Assembly (NCBI GenBank): GCA_038319025.1
Contig: JBBQCW010000008.1
Coordinates: 28,202 to 52,201 of the forward strand
DNA: 24,000 bases
DNA from: Solirubrobacterales bacterium
Lineage (GTDB): Bacteria > Actinomycetota > Thermoleophilia > Solirubrobacterales > Solirubrobacteraceae
Reading direction: 5' to 3'
In this document: piece after piece, positions 1 to 6,218 of the stretch
Position numbering within the stretch: position 1 is the first letter of the stretch
How the letters are laid out: the number at the start of each line of letters is the position of its first letter
Translations under genes and position numbers: made by a program
The notes under the pieces: generated by a model
The model's database searches: none
Told to the model about the DNA's origin: nothing
The model's input: only the letters and a program-made list of their open reading frames with translations

Positions 1-303
1 GAGCAGGTCCGCAGGATGCAGCGACGCGCGTTCGAGCTGCAGACGAACGACGAGGACGCGACGGACGCGCCCGATCCGCTCGACGAGGATCCCGATGCGC
101 TCGCGCGCCTGCGCATGCCGGTGCTCGTGGCGGCCGGCGAGCTCGACATGCCGGATTTCGTCGACGGCGCCGAGGTCTTGGCGCGGACGATTCCGGGTGC
201 GCGCCACAGCGTCATCGCGGGTGCCGGGCACCTGGCGCCGCTCGAGACGCCCGAGGCATTTCGTGAGCTGCTGCTGCAGTTCCTGGTGGGCGCGTCGGGC
301 TAG
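1..303 (+). CDS. alpha/beta-fold hydrolase, C-terminal fragment (5' end outside window)
   Basis: Frame 1 is open from base 1 to TAG at 301-303. The C-terminus VIAGAGHLAPLETPEAFRELLLQFL is the typical catalytic-His segment of alpha/beta hydrolases. Confidence 0.7.
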   Translation, partial: EQVRRMQRRAFELQTNDEDATDAPDPLDEDPDALARLRMPVLVAAGELDMPDFVDGAEVLARTIPGARHSVIAGAGHLAPLETPEAFRELLLQFLVGASG

Positions 304-797
304 GGTGCCGGGGAATCGGGTGGAGCGTCGGCGTCCGCGCTGAGGTTGGTGAGCAGTGCTTCGAGTGTGTCTGCGGCCTGCTCGAAACGGCGCGGGCCGA
401 TGCGCTCTGCGTAGTCGCGCTCGATGTCGCGGATGATCCGTTGGGCGGTGCGGATGGCGTCCCAGCCGGCGTCGGTGAGGCAGATGAGCTTGGCGCGACC
501 GTCGGTGGGGTCGGGGCGCCGTTCGACGACGCCGAGCGCCTCGAGATCGTTGACGATTTCACTGACGGCGGGGAGCGTCAGGCGAGCCTGGTCGGCGAGG
601 TCGGTGAGGCGTGAGCCGTCGGCCTTGATGTAGGCGGTGACGTGCGTGTGCGAGATGCGCGCGTCGGTCAGGCCGGCGTCGACGAGTCGCGCGAAGAGCT
701 CGGTCTGGAACAACCGGGTGAGGTGCACCAGCAGCTGCCCGATGTGGTGGCGCGAAGCGCTGGTGTCCGGGCTGGTGCGTGGAGGTGGCGCAGTCAT
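300..797 (-). CDS. MarR family transcriptional regulator
   Basis: Winged-HTH core LTDLADQARLTLPAVSEIVNDLEALGVVERRPDPTDGRAKLICLTDAG is MarR-like. ATG at 797 is preferred over the ORF-track TTG at 806. The gene is divergent from the cupin gene. Confidence 0.85.
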   Translation of the reverse strand: MTAPPPRTSPDTSASRHHIGQLLVHLTRLFQTELFARLVDAGLTDARISHTHVTAYIKADGSRLTDLADQARLTLPAVSEIVNDLEALGVVERRPDPTDGRAKLICLTDAGWDAIRTAQRIIRDIERDYAERIGPRRFEQAADTLEALLTNLSADADAPPDSPAP

Positions 798-810
798 CCA
801 GAACAAGGTA

Positions 811-827
811 ACTTCGGTCGCCGAAGT
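811..827. promoter_or_regulatory. Candidate MarR operator: inverted repeat ACTTCGG-tcg-CCGAAGT
   Basis: A 7-bp perfect inverted repeat with a 3-bp spacer lies in the ~50-bp gap between the divergent MarR (start 797) and cupin (start 851) genes. Confidence 0.4.
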
Positions 828-850
828 AAATCCACCGACGGAGGTTGCTG

Positions 851-1369
851 ATGCGTGAGATCGCCAACCCGCGAACCGGACAGAGGATGAGGTTCCTCCT
901 GACCGCGGAAGATAGCGACGGCGAGCTGCTGAGAATCGAGACCGTCAACCCGCCGAGCGGGACCTTCGAGCCCACCCACGTCCATCCGCGGCAGGTCACG
1001 AGCGCTGAGGTCGTGTCGGGGTCCTTGACGTTCGTTGTCGACGGCGAGCGGCGGCGGGTGTCGGCGGGCGAAAAGATCACGATCCCAGCCGGCGTCCCGC
1101 ACGCCTTCTGCAACGACGATGACACCGACGCGGTCGCCATCCAGGAGGCCCGGCCGGCGCTGCGGCTCGCGGAGTTCTTCGAGACCTACTTCGGGCTCGC
1201 CGAGCGCGGGGAGCTCGACGAGCACGGGAACCCAAGGCTGTTGCGCGTCGCGGTGCTCGGCCCACGGTTCGCCGACGAGATCCGGATGGTGAGCCCGCCG
1301 TGGCCTGTACAGCGCGCACTCTTCATGCTGCTCGGACCCCTCGCACGGGCACGCGGCTACGACACCTGA
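851..1369 (+). CDS. cupin domain protein
   Basis: Cupin motifs are present: EPTHVHPRQ...SAEVVSGSLTFVVDGE...GEKITIPAGVPHAF. ATG at 851 is preceded by GGAGG at 840-844. The ORF-track start at 845 is TTG. Confidence 0.8.
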   Translation: MREIANPRTGQRMRFLLTAEDSDGELLRIETVNPPSGTFEPTHVHPRQVTSAEVVSGSLTFVVDGERRRVSAGEKITIPAGVPHAFCNDDDTDAVAIQEARPALRLAEFFETYFGLAERGELDEHGNPRLLRVAVLGPRFADEIRMVSPPWPVQRALFMLLGPLARARGYDT

Positions 1370-1444
1370 CACGTAACGCGCGCCCAGCACGGCGGGGCGG
1401 GCGCGGCGGTCCCGGGACCTCCGTCGCTGGATAGGGTGCCGGGC

Positions 1445-2173
1445 ATGTCGTCGACACCGACCCCGCCGGCGACCACCGTCGCCGAGCTGCTCGCCGATCC
1501 GCCGCTGGTGCACGGGCCCGAGGGCGGAAATGACCTCATCACGCATGGTCTGCTACCGGTCGTGCTCGAGTACATCGAGTCGAACGTGGGGCCCGGCGAC
1601 CGCACGCTGGAGACCGGCTGCGGGCTCAGCACCATCCTCTTCGCCATGCGCGGCGCCGAGCACACGTGCATCGTGCCGAACCCGCCGGAGGTCGACCGCG
1701 TGCGCGGCTGGCTCGCCGACCACGGCGTCAGCGACGCGACGCTGACGTTCCACACCGCGACGTCCGAGCGCGTGCTGCCGATGCTCGACCTGGGTGAGTT
1801 GGACTTCGTGCTCATCGACGGTTCGCACTCCTTCCCGCAGGTCTTCATGGACTGGTTCTACGTGCAGGACGCGCTGAAGGTCGGCGGCGCCGTGATCGTC
1901 GACGACGTGCACGTGTGGACCGGCCGGGTGCTGCGCGACTTCCTGCAGGCCGAGCCCGAGTGGTCGCTGGAAAAGCGCTTCCAGGGCCGCACCGTCGCGA
2001 TCCGCAAGGTCGCGAAGACGAACCCGGACAAGATCTGGTTCGAGCAGCCGTACGTCGAGAAGAGGACGCGCGCCAAGGTGATGGGCCGCGCCCGCATGGC
2101 CGCCGCCTTGATCCGCGAGGGCGACACCGAGGAGCTCACCAAGCGCGTGAAGGCGACGCTCGGCCGCAAGTAA
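1445..2173 (+). CDS. class I SAM-dependent methyltransferase (Methyltransf_24-like)
   Basis: SAM-binding motif LETGCGLSTILFA, then FVLIDGSHSFPQVF...LKVGGAVIVDDV. ATG at 1445, with an alternative GTG at 1436. The TAA stop at 2171-2173 abuts tRNA-Cys. Confidence 0.8.
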   Translation: MSSTPTPPATTVAELLADPPLVHGPEGGNDLITHGLLPVVLEYIESNVGPGDRTLETGCGLSTILFAMRGAEHTCIVPNPPEVDRVRGWLADHGVSDATLTFHTATSERVLPMLDLGELDFVLIDGSHSFPQVFMDWFYVQDALKVGGAVIVDDVHVWTGRVLRDFLQAEPEWSLEKRFQGRTVAIRKVAKTNPDKIWFEQPYVEKRTRAKVMGRARMAAALIREGDTEELTKRVKATLGRK

Positions 2174-2243
2174 GGCGACGACCGGAATCGAACCGGTGTA
2201 CACGGCTTTGCAGGCCGCTGCGTAACCACTCCGCCACGTCGCC
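2173..2243 (-). tRNA. tRNA-Cys (anticodon GCA)
   Basis: The reverse complement folds as a cloverleaf: acceptor GGCGACG/CGTCGCC, anticodon stem GCGGC/GCCGT, loop CTGCAAA (U33, GCA, A37), T arm ACCGG-TTCGATT-CCGGT. The discriminator is U, as expected for tRNA-Cys. No encoded CCA. Confidence 0.9.
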
Positions 2244-2306
2244 GGGGAGGTGCCGGAGGGTAGCGGTCCAGCGCCCGAATGGGCGTCTTCGACGGTTCAT
2301 TGTTGC

Positions 2307-2344
2307 GTGACAGCCGTCACATATGCGATGCTGACACCGTGTCA
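2307..2344. promoter_or_regulatory. Two short palindromes upstream of or overlapping the start of the copper-protein gene (candidate operator)
   Basis: GTGAC-agcc-GTCAC lies at 2307-2320 and TGACA-ccg-TGTCA at 2332-2344. They share the TGAC/GTCA half-site and their centres are ~24 bp apart. The second covers the preferred GTG start at 2339. Confidence 0.3.
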
Positions 2345-3973
2345 CGTAACCGGAGTTCCCTTCTCCGCGCGATGAGCGGCGCCCTCGCGGCCTCCGCCAT
2401 CGCGCTCATCTGCACTGCCTCGGCGTCCGCCGCCAACGGTGCCTGGACGAACGAGAAGGGGATCCAGCACCTGCATTTCGAGACGGGCGCAATCGATATC
2501 AAGCCCGGTCAGAACACGGTCGACAATGTGGTCATCCCTGCCCGGCTGAAGCCGGCTGAGGACGGATACCTCATTCGCATGAAGCCCGACCTGCAGTACC
2601 TGAACGGCAAAGTGCCGCCCGTTGATGTAATCCACCTGCATCACGGCGTCTGGCTGAACGCCAGCGGCCGTTCGCCGGCGTCGCCGCTGGGCGGGATCGA
2701 GCCGATCTTCTTCGGCGGTGAGGAGAAGACGGTCTTCCACATTCCCAAGGGCTACGGCTACGCCTACAAGGCCAGCGACGTTTGGATCCTCAACCAGATG
2801 ATCCACAACAACACGCCGAACGCCACGAAGGTCAAGCTGGTGTGGGATCTGGACTTCATCCCAGCGACTACGCCGCTGGCCAAGACGGTCAAGGCCGTGA
2901 CGCCTCTCTGGATGGATGTGCGCCGTGGCTGGGCCTACCCCGTTTTCAACACGATCCGCAACACCGGCGGTCCGGACGGACAGTTCACTTTCCCGCAGGA
3001 CGAGAAGACCAGCCCGTACCGCGCCGGCGGTGCTCAGAACGAGTACACGATGCCGTGGAGCGGCACGATCGTCAGCGCGATCGGCCACCTGCATCCGGGT
3101 GGTCTGCGCGATGACATCGACCTGATCCGGGCCGGCGCAAAGCTGCCGACGTCAAAGGCGTGCCGCAAAGTGGGGCTGAACCCGGAGGGGACGAAGTCTG
3201 CTCGCCGCTGCGTCAAGGCCACCTCCGGTATGAGCTCTGACTCCACCCGCATCTTCCGTAGCCAGGCGCACTACTACGACAAGGCCGGCCCCGTTTCCTG
3301 GGACGTGTCGCTCACCGCCTCGCGCCCTGATTGGCGCGTGAAGATCAAGGCCGGGGACACGCTGCGCATCAGCACCACGTACGAGAACAAGATCTCCTCG
3401 TGGTACGAGAACATGGGCATCGTCCTGCTGTACGTGGCCAAGGACGACAACACCGGCGTCGACCCGTTCGCCAAGCCGGTCGACTGGCGCGGCGTGCTCA
3501 CGCACGGGCATCTGGGCGAGAACGACAATCACGGCGGACTCAAGTCCGGCCTGGTCGATCCGACGAAGGTGTCCTCGGGCCCCGTGGCCACGACCGTCAA
3601 CATCAAGAACTACCAGTTCCAGCCGGGTGACTTGGGCCTGCTGACCACCGGCGCAAAGGTTCCGACGGTGCCCCAGGGCAAGAGCCTGGAGTTCGTCAAC
3701 CAGGACAACGCCGCGTTCGAGTGGCACTCGATCACCACGTGCGCCAGCCCTTGCAACCGCTCGACGGGTATCTCCTACCCGCTGGCCAACGCCGGTCTGC
3801 CCAGCCTGCAGTTCGACTCCGGTCAGCTCGGGTTCGGCGACTCCAGCGGCTCGCCGGTAGTCAATCGGTTGACGTATGACACACCCCCGACGCTCCCGGT
3901 CGGTACGTATACGTACTTCTGCCGGGTCCACAACTTCATGCGGGGTTCCTTCCGCGTGATCAAGTCGATCTAG
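2339..3973 (+). CDS. secreted copper protein: PHM/DBH-like monooxygenase-type N-terminal region fused to a C-terminal type-1 copper (amicyanin/plastocyanin-like) cupredoxin domain
   Basis: The 564-aa ORF-track entry starts at ATG 2279. GTG at 2339 is preferred because it gives a classical signal peptide (SRNRSSLLRAMSGALAASAIALICTASASA/ANG). The C-terminus EFVNQDNAAFEWH...YTYFCRVHNFMRGSFRV gives His, Cys, His and Met type-1 Cu ligands. The N-terminal region has HLHHGVW, QMIHN, GHLHPGG and YENMG in PHM ligand order. Confidence 0.85.
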   Translation: MSRNRSSLLRAMSGALAASAIALICTASASAANGAWTNEKGIQHLHFETGAIDIKPGQNTVDNVVIPARLKPAEDGYLIRMKPDLQYLNGKVPPVDVIHLHHGVWLNASGRSPASPLGGIEPIFFGGEEKTVFHIPKGYGYAYKASDVWILNQMIHNNTPNATKVKLVWDLDFIPATTPLAKTVKAVTPLWMDVRRGWAYPVFNTIRNTGGPDGQFTFPQDEKTSPYRAGGAQNEYTMPWSGTIVSAIGHLHPGGLRDDIDLIRAGAKLPTSKACRKVGLNPEGTKSARRCVKATSGMSSDSTRIFRSQAHYYDKAGPVSWDVSLTASRPDWRVKIKAGDTLRISTTYENKISSWYENMGIVLLYVAKDDNTGVDPFAKPVDWRGVLTHGHLGENDNHGGLKSGLVDPTKVSSGPVATTVNIKNYQFQPGDLGLLTTGAKVPTVPQGKSLEFVNQDNAAFEWHSITTCASPCNRSTGISYPLANAGLPSLQFDSGQLGFGDSSGSPVVNRLTYDTPPTLPVGTYTYFCRVHNFMRGSFRVIKSI

Positions 3974-3993
3974 CGGCCGAGTAGGACCAACGA

Positions 3994-4027
3994 CCCCGCC
4001 GGGATCCCGGCGGGGTTGGTATGTTTC
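3994..4027 (+). terminator. Rho-independent terminator candidate
   Basis: A perfect 22-nt palindrome CCCCGCCGG-GATC-CCGGCGGGG lies at 3994-4015, 20 nt after the stop codon. It is followed by the T-rich TTGGTATGTTT. Confidence 0.6.
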
Positions 4028-4037
4028 CGGCGTCCCA

Positions 4038-4110
4038 GGGCGATTAGCTCAGCTGGGAGAGCGCCGCCTCGACAAGGCGGAGGTCACTGGTTCGAGCCCA
4101 GTATCGCCCA
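4038..4110 (+). tRNA. tRNA-Val (anticodon GAC), with unusual C at position 33
   Basis: Cloverleaf: acceptor GGGCGAT/ATCGCCC, D arm GCTC-AGCTGGGA-GAGC, anticodon stem CCGCC/GGCGG with loop TCGACAA, T arm ACTGG-TTCGAGC-CCAGT, discriminator A. No encoded CCA. Confidence 0.85.
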
Positions 4111-4176
4111 CTTCCCACGCCAGCTCGGGGGCCGCCGTCACCCGGTCACCGCACCGTTGACCGGTCCGGCAACCGG

Positions 4177-4968
4177 CTACAGGTTGATGAACGCGTTCTG
4201 TCCGTGATGCGGGTCGCGTTTGACCACGGCGACGAGGTCTTGGAAGTCGTCGAAACCGCGCTCGGCGTGGTAGAGCAAGCAGATGTCAGGGTGGTTCTGC
4301 AGCTCGCCCGCCAGCCACGCCGGGGTGCATGCGGCCGTGCCGTAACCGGAGCCGTAGCCGCTGGAGCGCGGATGTCCGCGGTAGCCGAACCCGGTTGCCT
4401 CGAAGTCGGCGATGACCCCGTTGATGCGCCGGTTGTCCATGGCACGCCAGCGGTGCACGGCGTCGCGGCCATGCGTGGAGAAGACGAGAAGCCCCTCGGG
4501 GCTGAGCCGCTCGATCATCCAGTTCAGGAATGCGCGGGCGCGCTTCAGGGGCAGATGAGTGAGCAGCGACCCGCACCAGACCAGGTCGAACGTCTCGGTG
4601 ATCGGGATGTCGCGTGGGTCGGCCTGGGACACGACGCCCGTCGCACCGAAGCGCTCCGCGCAGAAGCTGACGCCGTCGGTGAGGACGTCACACGCGGTCA
4701 GCTCCGCCTCCGGGAACGCCTTGGCCAACATGCGCAGCACGCGGCCGTAGCCGCAGGGCAGATCGAGAATCGACCCCAGGTGAGTGGTGCCGGCCATGAC
4801 CATCGCCGTGGCGATGCCGGCGATGGCGGAGTGGCCGACTTGGATGTAGAAGTCCAGATCGCCCTTGAACATGTCGTCGTCGGGATGACGGGTCAGGTCC
4901 ACCTCGTCCTTGTAGGACGCCAGGCGACACGACACCAAAGCCATGGTGCGGGCAAGTTCAGTCTCCAT
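4177..4968 (-). CDS. class I SAM-dependent methyltransferase
   Basis: Motif I ILDLPCGYGRVLRMLA, then DLVWCGSLLTHLP and LSPEGLLVFSTHG. ATG at 4968 (METELARTMA...) is preferred over the ORF-track GTG at 5079, whose Arg-rich extension would run into the RBS of the divergent gene. Confidence 0.8.
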   Translation of the reverse strand: METELARTMALVSCRLASYKDEVDLTRHPDDDMFKGDLDFYIQVGHSAIAGIATAMVMAGTTHLGSILDLPCGYGRVLRMLAKAFPEAELTACDVLTDGVSFCAERFGATGVVSQADPRDIPITETFDLVWCGSLLTHLPLKRARAFLNWMIERLSPEGLLVFSTHGRDAVHRWRAMDNRRINGVIADFEATGFGYRGHPRSSGYGSGYGTAACTPAWLAGELQNHPDICLLYHAERGFDDFQDLVAVVKRDPHHGQNAFINL

Positions 4969-5095
4969 GCGGCGAGCAGCATAGACGGCGCGGGCTGAGC
5001 GTCGCGAGCAGGGCTTTTGGTTTCGTGACCTTTTCCCCGAGGTGCGCTCTTCAGCGACGAACCACATCCGTTCGTCCACTCAGGAGGGCCTTTCG

Positions 5096-6133
5096 ATGAA
5101 GAAGTCTGCGTGCCTCATGTCCGTCGCCGCGGTGCTGGGAACCGCCGCGCTCGCCCCGACCGCTCAGGCCGCGCCCCAGCGCGGCACCGTCCTGCAGGTT
5201 GACCGCTCCGCCCACGTCGTACGCACGGTCGGCACCGGCGGCTCCGTCGCCTCCTACCGCGTACGGGGTTCGCTCAAGCGCTTGCGACCGGGTGCCCGCA
5301 TCCGGTTTGACGCCTCCGGGCACCACGCCCGTGGCGTGCACGTGACCGGCCGCGCCCGCACCGCCCAGTTCCCGGCGCGCGTGGCCGAGGCCGACGGCGG
5401 CAGCGCGCAGCTCACACTCCCGGACGGCCGGCCGTTCACCGTCGGCACCGGTACAGCTGCCGACGGCGCACCGGCCGGGCACGCCGTCTCGGTCACCGTC
5501 AGCGGCCTGCAACAGGGCCAGAAGGTGTTGGTCACGGTGCACTTCGCCGTCAACGGCGACGTTCTGATCGAGATCGCGCTGCAGCAGGACGCCGCGCCGG
5601 CCGACCAGCCGGCCGACGAGGATCCGGGCCAGGGCGAGGATGCGGGCGACGACCCCGGGAACGGCGACGGCCAGGCTTGCCCGATCGGCCAGAACGAGGT
5701 GGCCGGCAATGTGCGCGGGATCAACCGTGGAGCCGGCACGTTCTCGATCGGCCAGCCGTTCGACGATGATGAGACGTTCCGAGCCCCGGCAGCGCAGCTC
5801 GCCGGCCTGAGCGTGGGGGACACGACGCTCGTGCGTTACGACCCGAGCGCGACGGGCAGCGTGCGCGACGCTCTCCAGGTGCACGTCGTCGCCGGCGCCA
5901 AGCCGGAGGCCGGCTACGGCGTCGCCGAGGGCACTGTCTCGTGGGCCAATCTCGACTCGTCGCTGTTTGCCGTGTGGAAGCCTGCGGACGGCAGCCGTGT
6001 CGTGTTCTCCGGTCCGTGCTGGCTCGTGGTGAGCCTGTGGAAGACGGAGGACGTGAGCGTCATCTACCACGCCGATTCGTCCGGCGACCTGGTCGCCGAC
6101 GCCGTCGCGCCGCGGGACGGGAGCCGCGACTGA
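5096..6133 (+). CDS. secreted repeat protein of unknown function (DUF5666-like beta-barrel repeats, tentative)
   Basis: ATG at 5096 is preceded by AGGAGG at 5083-5088. Signal peptide MKKSACLMSVAAVLGTAALAPTAQA/AP. Four similar segments of the type G-x-V-x-x-V/I-D/N...F/L-x-V flank an acidic linker (PADQPADEDPGQGEDAGDDPGNGDG). Confidence 0.75.
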   Translation: MKKSACLMSVAAVLGTAALAPTAQAAPQRGTVLQVDRSAHVVRTVGTGGSVASYRVRGSLKRLRPGARIRFDASGHHARGVHVTGRARTAQFPARVAEADGGSAQLTLPDGRPFTVGTGTAADGAPAGHAVSVTVSGLQQGQKVLVTVHFAVNGDVLIEIALQQDAAPADQPADEDPGQGEDAGDDPGNGDGQACPIGQNEVAGNVRGINRGAGTFSIGQPFDDDETFRAPAAQLAGLSVGDTTLVRYDPSATGSVRDALQVHVVAGAKPEAGYGVAEGTVSWANLDSSLFAVWKPADGSRVVFSGPCWLVVSLWKTEDVSVIYHADSSGDLVADAVAPRDGSRD

Positions 6134-6218
6134 CCCACGACACCGCAGCCTGCAGCGAGGACCCGCGGCGCCCCGTGCGCCGTGGGTCCGCTGGCGTTCA
6201 TACGACCGGGAGGGCATC

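Noticed and set aside
300-303. A 4-bp overlap of the convergent hydrolase and MarR genes at the palindromic CTAG.
   Set aside because: This is a trivial shared stop-codon overlap (TAG on both strands) with no evidence of function.
2279-2338. ATG at 2279 as the start of the copper-protein gene.
   Set aside because: It adds 20 residues (MGVFDGSLLRDSRHICDADT) ahead of an otherwise classical signal peptide, and it sits only 35 bp from the 5' end of the divergent tRNA-Cys. It remains possible, so GTG at 2339 is a preference, not a proof.
4016-4207. A 63-aa ORF spanning tRNA-Val.
   Set aside because: It is fully explained by the tRNA gene and flanking spacer. The translation is low-complexity.
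5057-5076. An ECF-type promoter (GAACC ... CGTC) upstream of the secreted repeat protein.
   Set aside because: The AAC and CGT elements are only ~10 nt apart, instead of the ~16-17 nt spacing of ECF promoters. It is most likely a chance match.
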